Assembly: GCA_947598785.1 (NCBI GenBank)
Contig: CANQFL010000002.1
Span: 1 to 48,304, forward strand
Direction of reading: 5' to 3'
DNA length: 48,304 nt
DNA from: an uncultured Clostridia bacterium
Lineage (GTDB): Bacteria > Bacillota > Clostridia > Christensenellales > UBA1242
Position numbers and translations under genes: made by a program
In this document: positions 1 through 11,500 of the stretch, one piece after another
How positions within the stretch are numbered: position 1 is the stretch's first letter
Layout: each line of letters begins with the position of its first letter
The notes under the pieces: model-generated
Seen by the model: only the letters and a program-made list of their open reading frames with translations
Told to the model about the DNA's origin: nothing
Database searches by the model: none

Positions 1-865
1 GTTGTCCAATTCTTTCTGCTTCAATAGGCTTGTTATGCGCTTCAAAATCTTTTATTGCTTTTTCTCTATCTTCAGAAATTTGTGAAATAGCGTTTTGAAG
101 AGTATTACTGCCAACTGCATAATGTGTAGCAGGATAGATTGCAACAAAACTAATCTCATTTAATAAATTTCCACTTACAGGGTCAAATTCAAATATTTTT
201 TCAATTTCATCACCAAAAAATCTAACTTTAATTGCCAATTCACTGGTATTTGCTGGAAAAATATCAACAACATCACCATTTACTCTAAAAGTTGTTCGTT
301 TAAAATCAATATCATTTCTTGTGTATTGAATTGCAATTAAATGACTGATAAGGTCATCTCTATCATATTCTTCGCCTTCTCTTAAAGCAATATGGAGATT
401 ATGATATTCTTCAGGACTACCCAAACCATAAATACAAGAAACAGAGGCAACAACAATAGTGTCTTTTCTTTCAAGAAGTGAACTTGTTGCAGAAGAACGT
501 AATTTATCAATATCTTCATTAACAGACATATCTTTTTCAATATAAGTATCAGTAGAAACTATATAAGCTTCTGGTTGGTAATAATCATAATATGAAACAA
601 AATATTCAACCCTATTATCTGGAAAAAACTCACGAAATTCATTACATAATTGAGCAGCAAGTGTTTTATTGTGAGCAATAACAAGTGTAGGTTTGTTCAC
701 TTTTTCAATTATGTTTGCCATAGTATATGTTTTACCTGAACCAGTGACACCTAAAAGAACTTGGTCTTTAAGACCATCTTCAATCCCCTCAACTAATTTA
801 TTGATTGCTTCTGGCTGGTCACCAGCAGGTTTAAATTTAGATTTTAAAACAAATTTTTCTTCCAT
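1..865 (-). CDS. uvrB: Excinuclease ABC subunit B (UvrB), N-terminal part; the rest of the gene lies beyond the left edge of the window
   Basis: Reverse-strand translation from ATG at 865..863 reads [73 protein letters not shown]...[10 protein letters not shown]. This is the UvrB N-terminus with Walker A GSGKT. The frame stays open to position 1, which is why it is missing from the ORF track. Confidence 0.9.
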   Translation of the reverse strand, partial: MEEKFVLKSKFKPAGDQPEAINKLVEGIEDGLKDQVLLGVTGSGKTYTMANIIEKVNKPTLVIAHNKTLAAQLCNEFREFFPDNRVEYFVSYYDYYQPEAYIVSTDTYIEKDMSVNEDIDKLRSSATSSLLERKDTIVVASVSCIYGLGSPEEYHNLHIALREGEEYDRDDLISHLIAIQYTRNDIDFKRTTFRVNGDVVDIFPANTSELAIKVRFFGDEIEKIFEFDPVSGNLLNEISFVAIYPATHYAVGSNTLQNAISQISEDREKAIKDFEAHNKPIEAERIGQ

Positions 866-918
866 AAATATTATTTTAACACAAAAAGAATAAAAATCAA
901 TATAAATTTTAAATGTAT

Positions 919-1275
919 TTATTTAAATATTGCACGCAAAATCAGACCAAAAACAAAGCTTATAGTTGCAAGAAAAATACTCCTTAATATCAACAACCCA
1001 AAAGTTCTGCGTTTTTTCTTAGTATCAAATATATAAGTTTGCCCAGCTTTTTTGAGATTAACACAGTAAAAATACCCCTTTTTACTGTCACTAACAACAA
1101 AATCAATAAAGTTTTCATTAGAAAGAGAAACCATAATTTCATCAATTTCTTCAATAGAGAGAATAAACCTTTTTGAAAGAGCCTGAGTAATTTCTTGTGG
1201 TGAAATAAGATATGTCCTTTTCTGTTGACATTTGTTACACAAATAAAACATAACCATTTTCTCTTTTTTGGTCAT
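919..1275 (-). CDS. Small membrane-anchored winged-helix-like protein (N-terminal putative wHTH, single C-terminal TM helix); paralog of 1357..1737
   Basis: ORF 919..1296 trimmed to the first ATG (1275, [12 protein letters not shown]...). The track start at 1296 is a TTG. The C-terminus [26 protein letters not shown] is hydrophobic. The protein aligns with its neighbour (K-V---L---C ... I--AL---F ... YC). Confidence 0.5.
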   Translation of the reverse strand: MTKKEKMVMFYLCNKCQQKRTYLISPQEITQALSKRFILSIEEIDEIMVSLSNENFIDFVVSDSKKGYFYCVNLKKAGQTYIFDTKKKRRTFGLLILRSIFLATISFVFGLILRAIFK

Positions 1276-1356
1276 AATGAATATAATATTTGCCAAAAAA
1301 GCATAAATTTATTCGACTTATGGAATATAAATTATTTAATTACTAAAACTAAAAAT

Positions 1357-1737
1357 ATGATTGATACAAAATCTAAACTTGTTTTAACAATTTTAGCAAA
1401 AGAATGTGGAGATGGTGGGTATAAAATCATCGAAATACCAGATATCATAATGGCTCTACCAAGACATTTCAGAATGGATAGTGAAAGTATAAAGCATATC
1501 CTAACACATCTTGAAAGACAAGATATCATTTCAATAAAATATGACGATGATGATATATATTGTTTGTCTGTTTTGCCGTATGGATTTGAAATATTAGAAA
1601 ATGAAAAGCCCAAATTTATTAAAAAAGATAAAATTTCACGCAAAAATAGTAATATTTTATTGATTTTTTTATGTTTTTTTTCATCAATTTTAGGTTCTTC
1701 ATTAGGATACTTAATTATTTATTTTATTTTAAAATAA
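1357..1737 (+). CDS. Small membrane-anchored winged-helix-like protein; paralog of 919..1275
   Basis: ORF 1225..1737 trimmed to ATG 1357 (MIDTKSKLVLTILAKECGDGGYKIIEIPDIIMALPRHF...). The track start at 1225 is a TTG that overlaps the divergent gene. C-terminal TM: ILLIFLCFFSSILGSSLGYLIIYFIL. TAA stop at 1735..1737. Confidence 0.55.
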   Translation: MIDTKSKLVLTILAKECGDGGYKIIEIPDIIMALPRHFRMDSESIKHILTHLERQDIISIKYDDDDIYCLSVLPYGFEILENEKPKFIKKDKISRKNSNILLIFLCFFSSILGSSLGYLIIYFILK

Positions 1738-1766
1738 AAAACTTAGCAAAAATGCTAAGTTTTTAT
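1736..1766. terminator. Bidirectional rho-independent terminator between the convergent genes 1357..1737 and radC
   Basis: aaaaa-ACTTAGCA-aaaa-TGCTAAGT-ttttatt: perfect 8-bp stem (1741..1748 / 1753..1760), 4-nt loop, with an A-run on one side and a T-run on the other. Confidence 0.65.
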
Positions 1767-1768
1767 TA

Positions 1769-2515
1769 TTACTTTATAAGTAGTTTAAACGTATCAGTTA
1801 AACCCTCAATGTCACAATATTTTCTTATAATGTCATTTTTACGATGACTATAAACTCCATCTTCACCAACAATATATGAGTCTATTAAATTAATACCAAA
1901 ATTTATACAAAGATTGTTAATTTCGTTGAATGAATTGTCATCAGATTTTGAAGGAATACAACTACCATAAGGATGGCTATGAGCAATAACAATAGAAGCA
2001 GCTTTAGAATCTCTTATAAAATTTGCAATATCAATTAATAAGATGCTTATTTCTTTTGAAGTACCATTTCCAATCCTTTTCCTATGAGTTATAATGTTAC
2101 CTGCACTGAGAGCAAGAAGCAAAATATTTTCAACATCTCTCAGTCTTAAATAATCTTCAACAACATCAATAAGTTCAGCAACATTTGAAATAGGATGTTT
2201 TTTAGAAATTCTTGAAGTAACAAAGTAATAAAAGAGTTCACCGAAAACACAAATTCTTTGTGCTGAAGCTTTGTTTATTCCAGGGACTTCAGATAGACCT
2301 TCTGGAGTAGCTGAAACAATATTGCATAGATTTTGATATCTATCCAAAAGTTCATGGGCAAGAGGATTGACATCAGTTCTAGGAAAAATATATGTAAGAA
2401 ATAATTCAACAACTTGTACATCACTCAAATTATCAAGACCTACATTGCAAGCAAGTTCGACAAGTCTTTTTCTATGTCCTATATGTATATTTTTCTTCTC
2501 ATTAACATTTTTCAT
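1769..2515 (-). CDS. radC: RadC-like JAB/MPN domain protein (UPF0758)
   Basis: N-terminal GHRKRLVE motif and C-terminal JAMM-like signature IVIAHSHPYGSCIPSKSDD (HxHPxG...S..D). RBS-like AAGGA lies 8 nt upstream of ATG 2515. Confidence 0.85.
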   Translation of the reverse strand: MKNVNEKKNIHIGHRKRLVELACNVGLDNLSDVQVVELFLTYIFPRTDVNPLAHELLDRYQNLCNIVSATPEGLSEVPGINKASAQRICVFGELFYYFVTSRISKKHPISNVAELIDVVEDYLRLRDVENILLLALSAGNIITHRKRIGNGTSKEISILLIDIANFIRDSKAASIVIAHSHPYGSCIPSKSDDNSFNEINNLCINFGINLIDSYIVGEDGVYSHRKNDIIRKYCDIEGLTDTFKLLIK

Positions 2516-2554
2516 AAATTTTTCCTTTGTAAAAATGATTTATACATTTTGCGT

Positions 2555-5500
2555 TTATCGGTTTGGGTTAACACTCCAACCAAATGAACCAGCAGAATTA
2601 AGTGCTTCACCAGATGTCCAAGTCATAATCCAATAGTCTGTAATTTCATATTTGAAAACAAAGTAATACCAGAAAGGTTCTGGCATATAATAAGCCTGAC
2701 TTTTAAAACGTGTTTGAGCTTTAACTTCAAGATATATTTCTGAAGTTTCAGTAAAACCACCATTTCTCCACAATTCATTTTCATAGGTTTTTGAAGCTCC
2801 TGATGAACTTGTCGTAAATTTAAATTTAGAATCAGGTGAAGTAATTATTTTAGAAGTTTCATCTACTTTTTCAGCCCAATATTGAACAAAACCTTTTTCA
2901 GAACCTACAGCAGCTCCATATGGTCCATAAAATGCATAACTAAGATCTCTTCCTTTACCTTCAGCCCAACTGTATATTTGTCTAGTTGGAACTCCAGCAT
3001 GTCCACGATCACCTTTAGTTGAACCTATAGGGATGTCCTTTGTCCCTAACATTGAAAAACCATTTTTACCACTATTATAATTAGAGCTTTCTATGTATTC
3101 TTTATTAGAAACACCATCTTTTCCATGTGCTGCACCTTGTCCATCAATAAATGCTCCTGCACTTCCACCACCTGTTGATAAGAGTACATTTTTATTATTT
3201 GAATCAATATAACCTAAGCCTCCAACTCCTCCATTTCCACCAAATTGTGTACTGTTTTTATAATTTCCTTTAATATCATCAGCATTTATACCTGGAGCAC
3301 CACCACCTGCACCACCAAGAACTTCTGTTCCATTATATCCACCATTTTTACCATTTCCACCAAATCCAGCAATACTATTTAAACCAACACGTGCATAACA
3401 ATTATTTGTGGATTCAATTTTACCACCTAATTTACCATTTCCACCATTATTGTTTTCTACATCGTTTTCACCATTACGACCTTTAACTGCAGAACCAGCA
3501 ATAAGAATTTCTTGTAATTTATTTTGATTTTCTTCTTTATTATTATTAATACCATTATTAGACAAAGTAACTTTAACATCTTTATCCACTGACGCGTTTA
3601 ATCCCGTAATTGCTAAATAACTTTCAAAATTAGTAACATTTTCTGTAAATTCTGTAAAAGTTGAAAATACTTTTATATTTTTTTCGGAATTTGCAACATT
3701 TCTTAAATTTCCATATAATTTAACATTTGTTATTGTTCCACTATTAGTTTCTATAAATGCTGATATATTTTTCTCTGTAGTCGCAATTCCTGAAATAACA
3801 TCGAAAACAACATCTTGAATTGTATTTTTATCTCCATTTTTTGTGAATATTCCTGCAGTAGTTGAATTTAAATAATTAATTAAATAATCAAAACCAAATA
3901 TTTTTTTATTCAACTCTCCATAATTTCTTTCACCAACGGAAATATTGTTTTCTAAAACAATTATATCTCCATTGATTTTTGCATTTGTAACTGACACTTC
4001 TTGTGAATTGTAATTATAAGTTATATCATATCTATAATCATATTCATATAATTCATAACCACTATCGTCAGGTAATTTAATAGTCCAAGAAGATTCAGTG
4101 GTCCAATCAGTAGATTCCTGGTTTTTATATACCAAATTGCTACAATGGTCATCATGAGAAACATCGTGTGATGGTTCATTACCTGCAAACAAAGGTAAAT
4201 AATAAGTATCGGTTGTATTATAACTATTTTCAACATTTTGTACAGTTTGCATTGTTTTTTTATTTGGTGCTTTTACAAAAACAATTTTATCTTCTGAACC
4301 TTTAACAAATTGAGCAATTAAATCAACAGTAATTTTATTTAAAACTACTGTAGGGTTGTAAGAATCAAAATATTTTATTTTTTCATTTTTCCAATTAAAC
4401 GCTCCATCTTCTTCCCATTCATATTGTACAAATCCTACATCGTTTTGATTATCGATTTTTATTGGTTTCCAAGCTTTAAACTCACCATTATATGAAAATT
4501 TCATTGTTGACTCTAAGTTAATATTATTGGCATTATATACATCATATTCTACTTCAACTGCACCACAATCATAAATTCTATAAGAATATCCTTTTGTGCC
4601 TTGTGTTTTATTTGTCTCTAAATAGAAACAATCTGCTTTACCACAATATGGACATTTTACTTTTTGTTCTTCACCACTTTCATCTGTATATGTAAGGCCA
4701 AATATAACTTTATTAATTTCATAAGTTTCATCTTCAAATGTAATTACATCTATGTCATCTAAATGTATATTATTTGGGTCTATTAATTTTTTATTTTCAC
4801 TTTCTATTAATCCCATAGTTGTTGAAGTTTTATTAATGATAAATTTATCATTAATAGTAATGTTCTTATCTTTTACATCTATAGAAGAATCAATATGAGC
4901 AAAAAGTTTTATTTTAGAGTTATCTTGTCCATCTAGAACAATTATTCTTTCTCCAACAATACTATTGTTATCTTTAATTAGAGATAGCTTTGTAATTTTT
5001 TCTCCAGCATTTATTGTAATTTTTTGAGTATAGAATTGAATTCCACCAACCACTATGCTTTCTTCTCTATTAACTTCATTTTCTTCACTCATATTTGAGC
5101 CATTATATCTTAAATTTATATTTTCACCGTCTTTTTCGACTATAATATTTTGTAAATCTACATTTGGTTCTGTATCATAACTTAAAATTCCGTCTAAACT
5201 TCCAGTCGTGTTAAATTCAATGCTATTTAAGATTCTTGAACCTTTGACATTATAGTAAACATCGCAACCCATTATTTTATCTTTAAAGTTTTGAATTAAT
5301 GTAGCTATATTTTGATTTCCTAAACTTTCATCTTTCACTTTGAAATTAATATTATTTCCTTCTTTTTCTATAATCCAATCAGTTGTCTTATTTACAACAT
5401 TCCAATCATTATCATTATAAGTTAAACTAAACTCATCTAAATCAATTGCAAGTTTATTTGTTTCGTTAAACTTATTTCTTAATTGAGTTAAATCTAAAGC

Positions 5501-8500
5501 GAATCCAGTAGTAGATATATTTTCAAGAGATATGATTATATCTGTATTATATCCTTCTTGTGGAGCTGTCCTATTTAATTTTGCAATTAAATATTCTTGC
5601 CATTCAATAGTTTGACTTTTGACTTGATTTAATTTATCTTGAGTTTTTTCTGTTGAGGAGAATGTTAAATTAACTTCAGCAGTAATCTCGTCTGTAACAC
5701 TATATGTTCTCTCAATTTTTAGTTGTGACTCATTAAAATCTTTTAATGATGATATAATAGATGGTTTTGTTACTGTAATATAATATCTTCCAGAATCATT
5801 TCCACTGCCATTGCAAGTTAATGTTTCTGATTCACCATTTATTGTTAATGTATATACATTTTTAGAAATAGCCTTATTTAATAAATTATCATAACTTAAT
5901 TCCCCTAAATTCGATATATTATCTAAATATATTTTGTAATTATTTTCACTTTCTTCAACATTATTATTTCTAAGTTGAATAGTTGTTATATTAGAAGTGT
6001 AATTAATAGAAGCACTTACTGTAATATTACCTTCTACTGGATTAACAAAATATACTGTTCCTTTAATTGTTAATGAATTGTCATCATTAAGAGTGTAATT
6101 ACAAAATTGATAATCAATTTCTCCACCATTTTGGAATGTTTTTATATCTACATTACGTTTACCAAATTTACCTTCTTTATAATCTCCAATAATAGTTTCA
6201 TCATTTATTGTAATTTCAAATTCTGCACTATAAGGATTCAAAATGGTTGAAAAAGCATTACCATTTTTAATAAATGCAACAGGCATACCATTTACATTAA
6301 CTGATGAAACTTCATCTGTATTATTATAGATTTCAGCTTGTATATCAGCTATTTTAGACTCTATTGACCCACTAGTATTAATATATTTAGTCCCAAATTT
6401 ATTATTTGCTGAACTATAACCCAATTTTTCACCAAATGCTGAATTTAATACATTATCATATTCAGAAAAGTTTACAGAAGCATAATATTCTGTACTTGCT
6501 TCTAAGTTATAAACCTTTCTATTATAATTTTCAAATTCTATTTCATCATTTTCTCTATAATCTTTTAGTGTTATTTCTCCATTTACCCCATCTTTTATAC
6601 CATCTATACCACCATCACCTTTATAAAAATTCTTATTTCCTTCTTTCGTAAATACTTCTGCAAAAGTCAAATCCTTACTATGATTCTCCTCATCCTTTTT
6701 GAATCTATTACTACTATTATAATCATTTAAAGGTTTTGCCAAATATCTAGTAATAGTTTCTGTCATGAAAACCCTTGCTGGAACACCATAAGAATCATAA
6801 CCGTTAAAGTATATTACATCATTTTTGCAATTAAAAATTGCATTAAATAAATAAACATTTTCTGCCAATTTGACATTTTGCATAATGGCACTTCTATTAA
6901 ATGATAAAGTTTTAAGGTCAATAACTTGTCCCATATTTCCATCATTTTTTATATTATCAATTGAAGAATTATTTCCATTATCTGTAACAGAACCATTTGC
7001 ATATCCAAGTCCATAAGCGAAAACATGACGTAATTGATTTGGATTGTAAATCATTGCAAAGTCATATTCCAAAGGGTATGGATCACCCAATACTATTCCA
7101 TTCTCTGCTCCTAATTCATGTTTTTTATTTCTAATTGAATAGTCAACATTTTCAATTTTTCCGATTGCTTCAACAGGACCGTCATTAATATTATTAGACA
7201 AAGTAATTGCACCACTTGCATATCCAAAAATTCCACCTGCAAACAAATAACCTTCTGCGTTCTGATAATTTCCTGTTCCAACAAGCCCAACATTATATGA
7301 ATTACTTATCGTAACAGTTCCTTCGCTATAACCCAAAATACCACCAGAAACAAAGCTTCCACTTTTTTCTTTTGTCTCTTTTGTCTCTTCTATCGCAAAT
7401 GTATATGAATTAAGAATAGAACCATTATTATAACAGTTGTCAAATGATGTTGTTGAATTTATAGCAATTCCAGCAATTCCTCCTAAAATACAATTAACAT
7501 ATTTTTCGTCTGCGTCTGTTTTAGATAAAGGTTTTACACTGTCATTAGTAACTTTTCTCAAAGTCGTTTCATCTCCATCTTGATGAGCAAATTCGTTCCA
7601 ATTATTATATGCGATCCCATTTACAGCAGGAGAAGTAACTGTTTTATCAATAGTTGTTTCTGTATTTGTAGCACTATTAATTAGTTGTCCACTATATGAA
7701 GAATAGGATATATCCCCATTTAATAATTGACCAACAACACCTCCTATAATAAAGCCATTTAAAACTTGTTTTATATTGACAACAGATACAAGACCTTTGC
7801 CAGTTCCTGTCAAAGTTCCAACTAAACCTCCTGCTATATTTTTACCAGAAACATTTAAATTTCCAGTTGCTGAAATATTAGTTAAATTTCCAGTTACAGA
7901 AGATGCTAAAATTCCGTCACCTGTTACATTAGCATTAGTAATGACAAAATTTTCAATTTTAATATCTTCACCTGTTACATTTTTAAATAAAGATTTTGTA
8001 TACCCTGTGATATCTATTTTATGATTATCACCATCAAAAGAATGTGAAAAATCTTTAGATTCGTTAATTTTGTCATCGGTAAGTATTAAATCATTTAGCA
8101 ATCTAAATCTATAACCTGAACTACCCAAATTTACCATTTGTTGATATTTATCAATATTAAGAATTCCAAAATACCAGTTAGTTTCTTCACTTTGTTTTTC
8201 TGTAAACCTGTTCTCAGAATATTTTAAAACATCTTTATAAAATACTTCAGTGTAATTATATTTTGGAATAGTTGTATTTTCTTTTTCTCTAGTATATACA
8301 GTTGGATTTTTCATATAGCCAAATCCATGAGTAGCGTAACCAAAGTTAGTAAATGGTGTAAAATACCACTTTGAGTTAAATATTGTTTTGATATCACCTT
8401 TTGAATTTAAACTATATTGAGATTTAGAACCTTCGTTAAACGACAAAGAAGTAATTTCAGAAATATTCTCTAAATTCCCATTTTTTATAACTTTATCACT

Positions 8501-11500
8501 TTCATAAATAGCCTTTATATCACCTTTTGTTATGTCATTTATAAAATCATTAATTTCTATATTAGAAATTGAATAACAATCTATAATATCGCTTTTAATA
8601 TTAGGGCTGCTTGTTGGTAGATTTGAATTATCTGACCAACCTGCGATAGAATATATATCATTTGAAACATAAGATTTAATTTTTCCAGAAGAATATGAAG
8701 ATTTAATAGTGTTGTTATAATCTGAAAGGTTTGCTATTCCTGCAATTGAACCCTGATCTGTTAATTGTTCATTGCTGATATTTCCACCTTTTGCACGATA
8801 TATTATTTCGGCATCAGAATAACATTCATTAATCATTCCACCTTGCATATGTCCAACAATTCCACCTAATGTAAGTTGTGTATTTTTACCACCTACAGAC
8901 AATGTTCCTTCAACACCAACACCATAAACAAACGAATTGGAATAAGTTTTTCCTACAACTCCACCATAAGTTGCTGTGAGACTTTTATCTCCATCTGTGT
9001 TTAAATCTAAATCTTTTACATCAAGATTAATAATCAATCCAGAAATTATGTTAAAACTTAATGGTATTTCATTTTCGTTAGTTTTTGCTTCTGGTTTTTC
9101 ACCCAAAGTATTTACAAGACCACCTAAAATTTGTTCATCCTTAATTTTGCTAGTTCGACTGTCTGAAATTGAAATTGTATTACCATTTCCAATAAATGCT
9201 ACATTAGTTAAATTGTCGGCTATTGCATTAGTTCTTCCTTCTTCTCCAACTCCGATATTCTTATAATTTATACTACTTTGAAGAGCAATCCATTTTATAC
9301 CATGGAAATTTCCAGCAATATTTTCATTACTGAATATAGGAGATTGTTCATTCCATTTATAAGGGTTAAGTTTATGCCCAGAAGGAGTTTCTTCAACTAA
9401 AGATGAAAATTTGGTTAATATATCGTCCTTTGACTCTACTTCTTTAATAGTAGTATCAATATTTTCATTATCTTTTTTAGCAACAATGCTAGAATAACCC
9501 AAATAAGAATCATTTTTATCATTATCACTAAAGACTCTACCGTAAGCAATATCTTTATTTCCTTCTTCCACCTGATAAGCCATACAAACACCAGAAGAAT
9601 AAACATTGTTTTTATAATTACCACTTTCAGCATTCTTGCCTACAATCGCACCAACATTATATTTTTTGGTATCATCAAATTTATTTATTAGCCTATTATT
9701 AAAGGAAGTCATAATTGTACTGTTATCATTAATTTGAACAGATTTTCCGTCTTTGTTTGTACCAAGAGCACCAACAATTCCACCAAAATTATATTTTAAT
9801 AATTTTTCATTTGCATAACTTCCCGAAACATAAAATGGATAAATAATGAACACATCACCATATGTTAAACAATTTGAAATTGAAGAATTTGTTGAAATAT
9901 TATTTTGACTATTTATATCACTAAATTGTCCAACAATACCACCAACATAAACATCAGATGAACCATCTGTTCCATTTATATTACCAATATTATTCCCATA
10001 AATTTTAACAGTGCCACCAAAACTAATTGAATTAATTTTTACAGAAGAACTCTCAATATTGTAATTTGTTCTTCCCACCTGACCAATTGCACCACCAAAT
10101 TTAATACTTGGAACATTTAATAATGTATTTCCTGTTATTTTGAAATACTCATTAAAATCTTTATTAATTTCAACTTTATTTTCTCCAGATACACTTCCTT
10201 CAGATTGTGGAATATATCCAATGATTCCACCAATTTTAGCTTCACTTTTTGCTCCAGTAGAACTTACAGAAGATTGAACAGAAATGTTTAAACTGTTTTC
10301 ACCAATTAAATTTTGACCAGTAAAGCCACCCATAAGATGTCCAACAAAACCACCTATGTCAACTTCTTTATCATTTTTGGTCTCGACATCAATAACACCT
10401 TCTATGTTGCAATTACCTGAAACTGATGCACTTCCATTTATTTTTCCAGCAAAACCTCCGATTAATATATTTTCCTTATTTATATTATCATTATTTATAT
10501 TATTTATAATATAAGGAGATAATTTTATAGAATCAGATTCTCCAGGAATTGAACTATTATAGTTGTAAACATTTTGTTCAAACAATGTCTCATATTGAGG
10601 AGGAAGTTTATTATCATTAAGACAACCAATAGAAAAATTCATATCCATGCTTTGAATAGATAAATCAATAGTTTCGCCAACAATTCCTCCTAAATGAGCA
10701 GAACCTGTTACAATATCTTTATTTGTTTGATATATACCACCAGATAGTCTTAAATCAAATATTGATGATGCAGAAATATTTAAATTGGATATTGATTGTC
10801 CAAATGCCAAACCTGCGTATAAGGAATTAATTTTAATTCCTTGATTAATTACTATTCCACCTTTAGTAGCTTCTGCAGAACCAGCAAAAGTGAATATATC
10901 TCCCGTTACTTTTCCAACGAAACCACCAATATAAGCATTTCCCGTTACTTCATTATTACCTTTCAAATTAATATTGATATTTGAAAGAGAATTAATGCTA
11001 ATGCTAATTTTTCCTGTTTGTTCATTTGCTTTAGATATTTCTCCAGCATATAATCCAACGTATAAATCCGAGCAAGTATTATTTAAATTAATATTTATTA
11101 CAGTAGAAGAATCATTAGAATTAGAAACAACGTTTAATCCATTAATCACCATAGAATTAAACCCGTTTTCTTGTTTAATTTGTCCTGCAAGAAGACCAAA
11201 GTATAATTTGCTATCTGTGTCTTCAGCATTAGATGACAAATTAATATTTCCTTCAGAATTTCCATTTCCTTCAGAATTATTTCTAAATGTAAAAGTTGTG
11301 TTTATAAATGATGTACTTGTTACATTTCCATTTGTAAATACACCTGCATATTTAGAATCTCTATCGCCAACTTCTAATTCTTTAGCAACTAAAGAAACAG
11401 CACTATTCAAAGTTACATTTACATTTTGTATTGCTGATGATGAAATTCCACTATTAATAACTGAATAATTTATTTCTGAATTAGATGGTCCAACTAAATA

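Noticed and set aside
693-893. 66-aa plus-strand ORF at the uvrB 5' end, and the 94-aa minus-strand ORF 47967..48251 inside cysS
   Set aside because: Both lie antisense to strongly conserved coding sequence (UvrB Walker A region; CysRS C-terminal half) that the ORF track missed only because those genes run off the window edges.
1225-1356. TTG-initiated extensions that make the two small wHTH-TM genes overlap (1225 start on plus, 1296 start on minus), and the antisense ORF 1332..1643
   Set aside because: The extensions encode non-conserved junk and overlap each other. The first ATGs (1357 and 1275) give two clean paralogs with an ~80-bp divergent promoter region. ORF 1332..1643 is the antisense shadow of 1357..1737.
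2555-3115. C-terminal domain as a polymorphic toxin tip (CdiA/Rhs/LXG-like), with the downstream gene as immunity protein
   Set aside because: There is no pre-toxin demarcation motif (VENN, PxxxxDPxGL, LXG). The N-terminus is a lipoprotein signal rather than a T5/T6/T7 secretion domain. The downstream gene is a conserved RadC/JAB protein, not a small orphan immunity-like ORF. I cannot fully exclude it without structure search.
10974-11468. 164-aa plus-strand ORF, along with the other antisense ORFs inside the giant gene (e.g. 4021..4236, 6406..6651, 7776..8024, 8976..9266, 13802..13984, 15638..15838, 17288..17476, 18744..19194, 21359..21753, 22150..22371)
   Set aside because: All are fully nested in or antisense to the 20-kb ORF. 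They have low-complexity, hydrophobic shadow-frame composition, no RBS and no recognisable motifs. They are typical by-products of a long AT-rich gene.
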